From Nitrosopumilaceae archaeon (lineage in GTDB: Archaea > Thermoproteota > Nitrososphaeria > Nitrososphaerales > Nitrosopumilaceae), in assembly GCA_965207375.1 (NCBI GenBank), contig OZ242274.1, positions 1,824,001 through 1,888,000 of the forward strand: DNA of 64,000 nucleotides. Direction: 5' to 3'. Below the pieces are notes generated by a model. It was given only the letters and a program-made list of their open reading frames with translations, made no database searches and was not told where the DNA came from. How positions within the stretch are numbered: the stretch's first letter is position 1; every line of letters begins with the position of its first letter. Both the position numbers and the translations under genes were made by a program. This document shows positions 54,988-64,000 of this stretch, one piece after another.

Positions 54988-55905
54988 TTGACAATTAAAG
55001 TAGAACTTCACTGTCACAATGTTTTTTCGAATTTTCACGTAGGACAAAAAGAGCCACCATACGATTGCAACGTTTCAATCAGAGATCAGTTAGAACGTGC
55101 ATTGGAATTGGGAATTAATTCTTTATTTGTGACCAATCACAATACTCTAGACGGTTATGCACAACTAAGAAATTATCAACAAGATCATGAAAAATTCAAA
55201 GACATTACTATTTTTCCAGCAGAGGAGGTCACCGTCGATACGGGGGCACATGTACTAGCCTATGGAATAACATCAGAGATAAAGTCAGGAATGACCATAG
55301 ATGAGACTCTAGATGAGATTAACAGACAGGACGGCATCTCGTCTGCACCACATCCGTTTAGCCTGCTTGATGCGTTACGAACTGATGCCCAAAAGTGTCA
55401 CATGATTGAGGTTTTTAACAGCAACAATATTGATGTGATTTCAAATGCCAAAGCCTCAGAATTTGCCTTGGAAAATAACATGACGCAGGTATCTGGAAGT
55501 GACTCTCATGTGCTATCTACTCTAGGCAGATGCGTAAATGTGATAGATGCTGAAAATAAGTTGGACAATGCATTGTTTGGAATGAGACATAATCAAATTC
55601 ACATAGAACAAACAGGCTATGCCAAACAAATCGAGACACTAGAGCATATCAAGTACAAAATAGACAACTCTAAAGACTATCTAGTACAATTTATCAAAGA
55701 GGAATATCCCAATGCCCAATGGTTTCTCTCTTTTTTGTTACGTATGTATAATTCAAATCAAAACAGCTATCTGTGGTCTATTTTGTACCGAGTTGCAATT
55801 CATCTGATGAAGAGGCTGTCCAAAAAAATCAATCATAACAATTTTGATCCCAATTTTATGAGAGATAGAAATCTGGGCACGATGTTTAAGATGGCAATTT
55901 CATAA
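54988..55905 (+). CDS. PHP-domain metallophosphoesterase
   Basis: ELHCH, TNHN, PHPF, GSDSH. Confidence 0.85.
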   Translation: MTIKVELHCHNVFSNFHVGQKEPPYDCNVSIRDQLERALELGINSLFVTNHNTLDGYAQLRNYQQDHEKFKDITIFPAEEVTVDTGAHVLAYGITSEIKSGMTIDETLDEINRQDGISSAPHPFSLLDALRTDAQKCHMIEVFNSNNIDVISNAKASEFALENNMTQVSGSDSHVLSTLGRCVNVIDAENKLDNALFGMRHNQIHIEQTGYAKQIETLEHIKYKIDNSKDYLVQFIKEEYPNAQWFLSFLLRMYNSNQNSYLWSILYRVAIHLMKRLSKKINHNNFDPNFMRDRNLGTMFKMAIS

Positions 55906-56118
55906 GAAAAAAAGTAACGGCTTAAGTGCCGTGTCTGAATCACATGTAACGATTAAATTTTGATATTTTACAAGGGTTACGAAAATCATATCTGTACCGG
56001 TAAACTCCATGTTAAAAATAGCCACAAAATCTGAAATCATCTGTGTTTTGTTAATCCAAGGCTGTCACGAGAATTCGTATAGATATTAATATGACAGAAC
56101 ATGTTTTTTGTGTGTACC

Positions 56119-56349
56119 ATGTCTGAAGCAAAAATATTAGATGCAACGGGACTGTTTTGTCCAGAGCCTGTCTTTCGAACTAAAATTGAGATTGAAAGAA
56201 TGCAGGTCGGGCAAACCATAACGGTAAAAGCCGATGATCCTGCTGCCGAGGACGACATTTCCAGATGGGTAACTAGAAACGGACACCAGCTTTTGGAAAT
56301 GAAAAAAGATGGTAACGTCATTACATTTTCAATCAAAAAGGTGAAATGA
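56119..56349 (+). CDS. tusA: TusA/SirA-family sulfur carrier
   Basis: LDATGLFCPEP, ADDPAAEDDI. Confidence 0.88.
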   Translation: MSEAKILDATGLFCPEPVFRTKIEIERMQVGQTITVKADDPAAEDDISRWVTRNGHQLLEMKKDGNVITFSIKKVK

Positions 56350-56353
56350 GTAT

Positions 56354-57334
56354 ATGGGTAATGACCCAAATGTGTTGAATATAGGCAATACCCCGCTTGT
56401 CGAATTAAAATCGCTCTCAAATAACAATACAAAATATTTTGCAAAATTAGAAGGACATAATCCGTTTGGTTCTGTAAAGGACAGGGCAGCATATTGGATG
56501 ATAAAGGACGGAGAGGAGCAAGGAATTTTGAAAAAAAATCACAGCATCATCATAGAGCCAACATCAGGAAATACTGGAATTGCGTTGACCGGAATTGCAA
56601 ACAGATTAGGATACAAAGTTGAAATCGTGATTCCTCAACAGGCAAGTAACGAGACTAAAGACATTATTCGTTCATTAGGTGCCAAAGTTTTTGAAACTAG
56701 TGACGATCTGTGTCCAAAGGTGGGGGCAGGTACAGATCAAAGCATAGCACTTGCAACATCAATTGCATCATCTAGACCCGATACATACTATTCACCTAAC
56801 CAATATGCAAATGAGGCCAATTTTATGGGTCACTATAAAGGAACGGGTCCCGAAATATGGAAGCAGACAGAGGGTAAGGTAACTCATTTCTTTACAGGAG
56901 TGGGAACAGGCGGAACAATTACAGGTAATGGTGCATTTTTAAAAGAAAAAAGTGCAAATGTAAAAATTATAGGGTGCCAGCCACAGCAAAATCATCTGAT
57001 ACAGGGGTGGAGAAATTTTGAAGAATCTGCAAAGCCAGACTTGTTTTTAAAACGTGAGGAGTTAGTAGATGACTGGGTGTCAGTTACCAACGATGAGGCA
57101 TTTGGAATAGTCAAAGAGGTGTTTGAAAATGACGGGTTGCTAATCAGTCCCTCCTCTGCAGCCGTTTATGTATCTATGAAAAAATATACAATTGATGCAG
57201 GATGTGTGGTTGGAATATTTGCAGATGATGGGCGAAAATTCAAAAGCACATACGAGTCGCAGGGTACATTTACAGACAAAGAGTTTGAAGATGCACTAAA
57301 AAATGCACAATACATGTCGGAGCTAGCCTACTAG
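56354..57334 (+). CDS. Cysteine synthase (PLP-dependent, CysK/CysM family)
   Basis: IGNTPLV, NPFGSVKDR, TSGNTG, GTGGT. Confidence 0.88.
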   Translation: MGNDPNVLNIGNTPLVELKSLSNNNTKYFAKLEGHNPFGSVKDRAAYWMIKDGEEQGILKKNHSIIIEPTSGNTGIALTGIANRLGYKVEIVIPQQASNETKDIIRSLGAKVFETSDDLCPKVGAGTDQSIALATSIASSRPDTYYSPNQYANEANFMGHYKGTGPEIWKQTEGKVTHFFTGVGTGGTITGNGAFLKEKSANVKIIGCQPQQNHLIQGWRNFEESAKPDLFLKREELVDDWVSVTNDEAFGIVKEVFENDGLLISPSSAAVYVSMKKYTIDAGCVVGIFADDGRKFKSTYESQGTFTDKEFEDALKNAQYMSELAY

Positions 57335-57338
57335 AATC

Positions 57339-58328
57339 TTAGTGTTCACTCAGGTATCTGTCTGTATCAATTGCTGCCATACAACCATAACCTGCAGCAG
57401 TAACTGCCTGTCTATATCTGTGATCGTGAACGTCTCCTGCAGAGAATACCCCCTCTATATTTGTCTGAGTATGATCTGTTAATTTGATGTACCCTTGTTC
57501 ATCTAAATCAATTTGGTTTACAAACAGGCTTGTGTTTGGAGTGTGTCCTATTGCAACAAATACACCGCCTGCCACAAGTGTGGAGGTCTTGCCATCTTTG
57601 ATGTTTTTTAAGACTACATTGTGAACCTTTTGATCTCCCATAATTTCCTCAATTACCGTATTGAGATGGAATCTGATTTTTTCATTGTCCAAAGCACGCT
57701 CATGCATTACTTTGCTTGCCCTCATTTGTTCGCGTCTGTGTACTATGTGCACCGTACTTGCAAACTTTGTAAGAAATGTGGCCTCCTCCATGGCCGAATC
57801 TCCTCCTCCTACGACTACGAGTTCCAGATTTCTAAAGAATGGACCATCACAGGTGGCACAATAAGATACCCCTTTGCCTGCATATTTTGTTTCAGATTCT
57901 AGACCTAGTTTCCGTGGACTTGCACCTGTTGCAATAATTACTGCCTTTGCTTCATATTCTTCTGATGCAGTAAGTACCTTAAACGGACGATGTCTGAAAT
58001 CCACATTGACTACCTCATCATCTACAATTGTAGTACCCATGCGAATTGTCTGTTCCCTCATGGTTAGCATCAAGTCAGGTCCCATGATGCCGTCTTTGAA
58101 GCCAGGATAGTTTTCTACATCAGTCGTGTTTACAAGCTGCCCACCTGGCAGAATTCCAGATAAAATCAAGGTATCATGTCGCGCCCTTGAACAGTATATG
58201 CCCGCAGTGTATCCTGCAGGACCTGCACCAATAATTATTACATCAAATTTTGTTTTTTTCTTGTCTGGTATTTTTGGACCGTCATCTTTGTTTTCTAAGA
58301 CCGTTGCACCAGCCGAATCTGCCATCAT
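57339..58328 (-). CDS. trxB: Thioredoxin reductase
   Basis: GAGPAG, CATCDG, GGGDSA, YRQAVTAAG. Confidence 0.95.
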   Translation of the reverse strand: MMADSAGATVLENKDDGPKIPDKKKTKFDVIIIGAGPAGYTAGIYCSRARHDTLILSGILPGGQLVNTTDVENYPGFKDGIMGPDLMLTMREQTIRMGTTIVDDEVVNVDFRHRPFKVLTASEEYEAKAVIIATGASPRKLGLESETKYAGKGVSYCATCDGPFFRNLELVVVGGGDSAMEEATFLTKFASTVHIVHRREQMRASKVMHERALDNEKIRFHLNTVIEEIMGDQKVHNVVLKNIKDGKTSTLVAGGVFVAIGHTPNTSLFVNQIDLDEQGYIKLTDHTQTNIEGVFSAGDVHDHRYRQAVTAAGYGCMAAIDTDRYLSEH

Positions 58329-58359
58329 GATAAGGCATTGTGTATTGGATTAATTTAAG

Positions 58360-59136
58360 TCATTCATCGGTTTTGCCACGTATAGATTCTAACATCCTAG
58401 AATGTTTATCGCATAATTTTCCAACCCCTAGTTGTGAATGCAACAGATCTTTTTGCCAGTGTGCATTAAATATCCTGCAATTTCTATCATTGCAAAATGC
58501 CTCACCAGACACATAATACAACAGCACCTGTAAAAAATATCCTTCAACTATAGTAGCAAGTCTTGCATCATGGTACTCTAGACAAGTGTCAGCATACTTT
58601 TGTTTTAAAGAATCAACACTTGTTCCTAGTCTAGAGTTTGTAATTAATTCCAAATAGTATTCACGGGGTTTTGCAGGCGCCTCAATTATTCCCGTCGTAG
58701 AAATTATTGATGGGTTTGATCCAATTACTGCCCTTGCATGATATCTATTGTCTGCATCATCATACGTACAGCACAGCTTATCTGTAAAAATTACATGAAA
58801 GATGTCTTGCGTTAATTCCTTTTTTGGGATAACATGCCCAAATACGTTTTGCAGTTCAATTCCATCATAGCATACAACATTTGGGTTGGCAACATCTATG
58901 TTTTTTTCCTCAAATTTGATTTGCTTGTGTGTAGGAATGTGTCTTACATATGGAGCATCTAATTTGAAGACTCTAGATGCGGCAATTGCTGCAAGAGTCT
59001 GTGGTTTGCCGAAATTTAAAATTGATTTGCGTCTTTGTGCTTTTAATCCAAAATTTTCTGCAAATGTAATTAAATTGTCTAGGTTTATTTCTGGAACCTG
59101 AGGTTCATCGTAGAAAATTATTTTTGAAATCTTCAT
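58360..59136 (-). CDS. Conserved archaeal protein, putative metallopeptidase-like
   Basis: RYHAR, STTGIIEAPAKP, CRIFNAHWQ. Confidence 0.7.
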   Translation of the reverse strand: MKISKIIFYDEPQVPEINLDNLITFAENFGLKAQRRKSILNFGKPQTLAAIAASRVFKLDAPYVRHIPTHKQIKFEEKNIDVANPNVVCYDGIELQNVFGHVIPKKELTQDIFHVIFTDKLCCTYDDADNRYHARAVIGSNPSIISTTGIIEAPAKPREYYLELITNSRLGTSVDSLKQKYADTCLEYHDARLATIVEGYFLQVLLYYVSGEAFCNDRNCRIFNAHWQKDLLHSQLGVGKLCDKHSRMLESIRGKTDE

Positions 59137-59146
59137 GTATTGTATG

Positions 59147-59965
59147 TTATCGTCCCAACTCTTCTACCTTTTCGGCTGCAATTTCTGCTGCGCGTTTACC
59201 AGAGTACAACATAGAACCAAAGGTCGGTCCCATACGTGGCAGTCCATGTGTTTCAGTTACCGACATTCCTGCTGCAATAAGACCCGGATATATCTGCCCC
59301 GTTTTGTAAACCACCTGGTCTTCGCCTGATTCAACATGCATAGGCTGCATGCCTCTCCATTCTGCTAGTCCCCTGTCTACGAGTCTTTTTACTGCAACAG
59401 AGTCGTGTCCTGATGCGTCAATTACGACCTTGGATTCCAAGGCCACCGGATCAACGCAGGTAATGTTTCTAGGCAGTGCAGAAACAGGCATCCAGTTAAC
59501 CACAATTCCTTCAACTCTGTTGTTTCTCAGTACCAGATCATCAAATTTTGTAAGATTTAGAAATTTTACGCCAGCATCACAGGCTCCTGCAATCAGTTTT
59601 GATACTGCGTGAGGTCCAGGAGTCAGATATAATCCATCTCCTACCTGTTTGTAAGGCACACCAAGCTCATCCCATATTTTTTGTGCGGGGGCCCTTACTG
59701 TAACTGGATTCATCATGTATCCGCCTAACCAATAGCCTCCACCGAGGTAATTGTTTTGTTCTACAACTAAAACCTTGTATCCGTTATTTGACAGATCTCT
59801 GCTTGCCGTAAGTCCTGCAGGGCCTGCACCTATAATAATAACATCAGAGCTTGCCCTGTCTATGAGCACTTTATGAAACTCGTCTGCAATAGCCCTTGTA
59901 ATTTCAACCTCCTTGACATCTGCAAAGATCTTTGTGTTTTTTTGTGCACTTATTGCCTCTTGCAT
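59147..59965 (-). CDS. thi4: Thiazole synthase Thi4 (Cys-type)
   Basis: GAGPAG, GGGYWLGG, TCVDP, PRMGPTFG. Confidence 0.92.
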   Translation of the reverse strand: MQEAISAQKNTKIFADVKEVEITRAIADEFHKVLIDRASSDVIIIGAGPAGLTASRDLSNNGYKVLVVEQNNYLGGGYWLGGYMMNPVTVRAPAQKIWDELGVPYKQVGDGLYLTPGPHAVSKLIAGACDAGVKFLNLTKFDDLVLRNNRVEGIVVNWMPVSALPRNITCVDPVALESKVVIDASGHDSVAVKRLVDRGLAEWRGMQPMHVESGEDQVVYKTGQIYPGLIAAGMSVTETHGLPRMGPTFGSMLYSGKRAAEIAAEKVEELGR

Positions 59966-60130
59966 GATAGATTTTGTTTCTGAAAGGCATTAAAACTTTC
60001 GCACACCAGATTACAAAATATGAACCTAACAGGTGTAAAATGGGCAAATTATGCCACTTGGAATGTATTGATAACCCAAAATTACTTTTTTCAAAAATTT
60101 ATAACCAAACTAAGGGAAGAATAACTAGAC

Positions 60131-61933
60131 GTGACTGCAAACCAAAAACAGGTAAATCGCGACCTGATGCCAAAAATTGACTGGTCCCAAGTAGAGGAGG
60201 CTGACAATTTTGCAAAAACGGTAAGATTATTCAGGGAGGGAAAATACAGTGAGGATAGCTTTAGACGATTCAGACTACAACATGGTGCCTATGGAACTAG
60301 AATGACTAGCGATTATGCCATGGTCAGAATAAAACTTCCTGCAGGCGAGGTTTATCCGCAACAGTTAGAAAAGATATCTCAGTTAAGCGAACAGTTTTCC
60401 ATAGGAAGTGCGCATATTTCCACCCGTGAAAACATTCAGCTTCATTGGGTCATTCTTGAGGATGTGTCTGAAATCTTTAGAGGTTTAGCAGATGTAGGAT
60501 TGACATCAAGGGAGGCATGTGGCAATTCGGTTAGAAATGTAATGTGCAGTCCCACATCAGGCGTATGTCCAAATGAAAAATTTGATGCAACACCATATGC
60601 ACTAGCTACGGCAAGATTCTTTTTGAGAAATCCCATGGCTCAAAATCTTCCTAGAAAATTCAAATTCAATTTTACCTGCTGTGAAAAACACGGAATGGCA
60701 AGGATGGTAGATGTAGGACTAATTCCCCAGGTAAAAGAGGTTGACGGAAAACTGCAACGTGGATTTAAGATATTTCTTGGCGGCGGATTGGGAAACAAGT
60801 CGTATGTAGGTCACGAGCTAGAAGACTTTACACCTCAAGAGGATTTGCTTTACACATCAATTGCAGTTGTTAGATTATTTGACAGAATGGGAGATAGGAA
60901 AAACCTTGCAAGAAACAGAATGCGCTATCTAGTGGCAGACATGGGATGGGATAACTTTAGAAATCTAGTTCTAAAAGAACGTGCAATAGTTCGCGCTACC
61001 CAGTCAGTTATAACCAAACTAGACGTTGATCTTGTAGAAAATGAAATTAAAAGACCTATTAGAATTTCAGACCAAAGCGGGGGAGCGGTACCAGATGGCT
61101 ATGCCAGATGGCTAAATACTAACACATTCAAACAAAAGCAGAACAGTTACAATACGATCTTTGTCGGATTGGAGGCAGGAGACATAACTGCGACACAATT
61201 GCACGCATTGGCAGATATCATAAGAGACTTTTCTGCAGAGACTATGGCACGAACAGGATTCAATCAAAATATTGCATTAAGATATGTTCATGATGAGGAC
61301 ATGCAGTCCCTTTATTCTGAATTGTTAAAAAACGGCCTTGCAAAATCAGGCGCACTTACAATGGCAACACCAATTGGGTGCTCTGGAACCACGTCCTGTA
61401 ACCTAGCACTTACCAATTCACACAGATTGGCCAAAGAGATTCAAAGAAAGTTCCTAGAGCTAAAACTAGATCAAGATGATGATCTAAGAGAGTCATCGAT
61501 TAAAATTAGTGGATGTCCAAACTCTTGTGGTCAGCACGGCATTGCCACAATTGGATTCTTTGGCGGCGGCGGACGGGTTGGAAAAGACATGTATCCAAAT
61601 TACATGATGTCGCTTGGTGGACGCTCCGATGGTGATACGATGCTTGGAGTAGGAGTTTTACGAATTCCTGCAAAAAGAGTGATTTTGGTAATTCTCAAGA
61701 TAATTGAAATATTTAGAGAAAATAAAAAACCTGCAGATACACTTGCTAGTTGGCTACATCGAGTAATAAACGGCAATGAAGACTCTGAAATTAAAACCCT
61801 CAATGACATAAAAAAAATCCTGACACCCCTTACAATTCCACCATCTATTACAGAAGAGCCTGACTTTTATGCCGACTATGGAACCGATGGAAGCTATCAC
61901 ACAAAGACTGGAAAGGGTGAATGTGCTGCTTGA
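60131..61933 (+). CDS. sir: Ferredoxin-dependent sulfite/nitrite reductase (siroheme)
   Basis: LPRKFK, CSGTTSC and SGCPNSCG siroheme/4Fe-4S ligands; sulfur-gene neighbourhood favours sulfite. Confidence 0.85.
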   Translation: MTANQKQVNRDLMPKIDWSQVEEADNFAKTVRLFREGKYSEDSFRRFRLQHGAYGTRMTSDYAMVRIKLPAGEVYPQQLEKISQLSEQFSIGSAHISTRENIQLHWVILEDVSEIFRGLADVGLTSREACGNSVRNVMCSPTSGVCPNEKFDATPYALATARFFLRNPMAQNLPRKFKFNFTCCEKHGMARMVDVGLIPQVKEVDGKLQRGFKIFLGGGLGNKSYVGHELEDFTPQEDLLYTSIAVVRLFDRMGDRKNLARNRMRYLVADMGWDNFRNLVLKERAIVRATQSVITKLDVDLVENEIKRPIRISDQSGGAVPDGYARWLNTNTFKQKQNSYNTIFVGLEAGDITATQLHALADIIRDFSAETMARTGFNQNIALRYVHDEDMQSLYSELLKNGLAKSGALTMATPIGCSGTTSCNLALTNSHRLAKEIQRKFLELKLDQDDDLRESSIKISGCPNSCGQHGIATIGFFGGGGRVGKDMYPNYMMSLGGRSDGDTMLGVGVLRIPAKRVILVILKIIEIFRENKKPADTLASWLHRVINGNEDSEIKTLNDIKKILTPLTIPPSITEEPDFYADYGTDGSYHTKTGKGECAA

Positions 61934-62724
61934 GTTTTGCCAAAATCACAACAGATATTGATTCGTTAAGATCGGGAATTGGTGATAAAAGCGTACGTGT
62001 AATTGACGTTCGTCGCCAAGACGATTACAAACAAAATCACATTTCAACTGCAGTCAACCTGCCTCTGGGTGATTTGCTTGCAGATGATAGTCCCAAACGC
62101 GTTCTAAAAATGATACAATCAATTGGAATTGATGATGAGATGCCAGTGGTTGTTTACGATGATACATTTGGCGCTTTGGCCTCAAGGGTTGCATGGACAT
62201 TGGAATATTTAGGTCATTTAGACGTATCATTGCTTGAAACCACATATAGTAGATGGAAGACACTAGGTCTTGAAAGTGACAGTGTAATTCCACAGGTACA
62301 GACAATGGATCATTCCATGAATATACGGTCTGAAATTTTGGCAACATCAGATTATTTGGATGCTGCAAAGGAAAAAGAGGACACGATTCTAATTGACAAC
62401 CGAGAACGGCTAAATTATCTTGAACAGCACATTCCGGGGGCAATCAGCCTTCCATATAGAACCCTAGCAACACAGGATAAAATCCTCAGACCTCACGAGG
62501 ATATGAGGCGAATGTTGGAAAATCGAGGCATATCTGAGGGTTCTGAAATAATCACATATTGCGGAAGTGTAGGTACCCTGTCTGGACTTGCATATTATGC
62601 ATTAAAATCAGTAGGACTGTCAAATGTGAAATTATATGTTCGTTCCTTTAAAGAGTGGAAAGGTCTGCAAAAGCCTACTGAAAAACAGCCCGATGCAAAC
62701 TATTGGGATTTATCAGCAGAATAA
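61930..62724 (+). CDS. Tandem-domain rhodanese (thiosulfate sulfurtransferase)
   Basis: HISTA and HIPGA motifs, YCGSVG, SFKEW. Confidence 0.88.
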   Translation: MSFAKITTDIDSLRSGIGDKSVRVIDVRRQDDYKQNHISTAVNLPLGDLLADDSPKRVLKMIQSIGIDDEMPVVVYDDTFGALASRVAWTLEYLGHLDVSLLETTYSRWKTLGLESDSVIPQVQTMDHSMNIRSEILATSDYLDAAKEKEDTILIDNRERLNYLEQHIPGAISLPYRTLATQDKILRPHEDMRRMLENRGISEGSEIITYCGSVGTLSGLAYYALKSVGLSNVKLYVRSFKEWKGLQKPTEKQPDANYWDLSAE

Positions 62725-63854
62725 CCCACCTGGTTTCGTAGTTGCTTGGTAACTACCACCTCTATATTATCAAACATTGTTAACATTTTTTGTTTGTTAT
62801 CTAAGAAAAATTCTTTACCCTTGTCGTCTAGTCGGATTTTCCACAACCGAATTTCTCTATGCTCCTCAAAGAATTGTTCGATCATTTGCTGGCCGCATTT
62901 TTTAGGATCAATGAACTCATCAAATTCTTTGGTAATTTTTTCAATCTCTTCTTCTTCTATTGAGGATTTGACATTTTGTATTGCCTGGCTTAACTCTTTG
63001 AGGTTTTTTACAGATGTTGGGAGTTGTTTTCTTCTAGTCAGTCCCAAAAATCCACGTTTTTCTTTTCCAACCTTGCTTGCTATCTCAGGTGACAAATCAT
63101 ACATTGGAATTCTATGAAAGCCCTCACGTTTCTCATGTTTTAGTAACAATCCTTTCTCTGTTAGTTTCAACAATGCCTCTTCTGTATCTGCCCTGTCTAG
63201 TAGGGTAGTCCATACAATAGAACCTATTGTGTGGTATCCCTGTCTTACACTTTCTAAAACTACCACCTCGACAATCCGTTTAAAGCCTTCTTCGATTCTT
63301 ACATTGACAAAGTCTTTGTCTTTTACGGCCTTTCTTGCATTTTTTACATCGATTTCAATTGAGCGCTTTAATGATTCAATTGACTCTGGAACTTGATTAA
63401 GTAGTGAAAGAAAACATGCCTTGTTGTACCAAGCCATTCCAAAACCAGAATCTGATTCAATTGCCTTTTCTGTAGCGTCTAGTGCTTTAGCATAATTTTT
63501 TTGTTCATAATGGATGAGTCCTTTAAGATTCCAAGCTTCGGCGTTTGTTACATCTATATCTAAAATTCTATCATATACCCTTAATGCTTCGGCATGGTCA
63601 TTTAGATGGAATCGTGCATAGCCCAATTTTAAAAGCGACTCTATATTTTTTGGTTCAATTCTTAATGCCTGCTCAAAAACGTCAATGGCATCTTCTAATT
63701 TTTCATCTGCCATAAGGTTGGTGCCTTTTTTGTATAGTCGTTTAAGGTTGTAGTGCGGATCAGCCAAGCTGGTTTTTTCTGCGACCTCCAGCTTTGGAAT
63801 TTCCTCAGGTTCTGGCTCCAATTCAGTATTTGTCTTCTTAAACGGTCTCTTCAT
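62700..63854 (-). CDS. TPR-repeat protein
   Basis: Several TPR units (AWNLKG, AWYNKACF). Confidence 0.82.
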   Translation of the reverse strand: MKRPFKKTNTELEPEPEEIPKLEVAEKTSLADPHYNLKRLYKKGTNLMADEKLEDAIDVFEQALRIEPKNIESLLKLGYARFHLNDHAEALRVYDRILDIDVTNAEAWNLKGLIHYEQKNYAKALDATEKAIESDSGFGMAWYNKACFLSLLNQVPESIESLKRSIEIDVKNARKAVKDKDFVNVRIEEGFKRIVEVVVLESVRQGYHTIGSIVWTTLLDRADTEEALLKLTEKGLLLKHEKREGFHRIPMYDLSPEIASKVGKEKRGFLGLTRRKQLPTSVKNLKELSQAIQNVKSSIEEEEIEKITKEFDEFIDPKKCGQQMIEQFFEEHREIRLWKIRLDDKGKEFFLDNKQKMLTMFDNIEVVVTKQLRNQVGYSADKSQ

Positions 63855-64000
63855 TACGCAGATTTGTGCTATTTTCTAGTTAAATACTCTTGCAGCGTTT
63901 TTTGGTCAGTATTAGGTACAGTATTAATGAAAATGCAAAAATACTTCATACTCAAAGAGACGAATAGTGAATTCTAATCATAAAATCGAGGTTAGTGGAC

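Overview
Genome segment of an ammonia-oxidising archaeon (Thaumarchaeota, Nitrosopumilaceae-like). The assignment rests on a 16S-23S operon without an ITS tRNA, AOA-type nirK, thaumarchaeal FtsZ, DnaJ-ferredoxin, a Ser-type thaumarchaeosortase and a CFI-box-CTERM protein. The backbone carries phaCE, rpl39e/31e/15e, hemL, dinB, alba, dys, ino1, smc, egtBD, proS, cofE and a sulfur cluster (tusA, cysteine synthase, trxB, thi4, sir, rhodanese). Four accessory patches interrupt it. (1) 1-2350: a decayed IS copy with a nested 101-bp MITE and an AAA-ATPase pseudogene. (2) 5130-7450: an IS66 remnant, an MNT-HEPN pair and a DUF1156 methylase fragment. (3) 17976-22000: a complete SWIM-zinc-finger IS6-like element with ~70-bp TIRs and a perfect 8-bp target duplication, inserted within the first five codons of an otherwise open OLD-family ATPase/TOPRIM gene. 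(4) 36670-37240: an IS110 remnant followed by a structured non-coding 3' region, a candidate bridge/seekRNA. Family assignments come from motif recognition by eye; no database searches were run.
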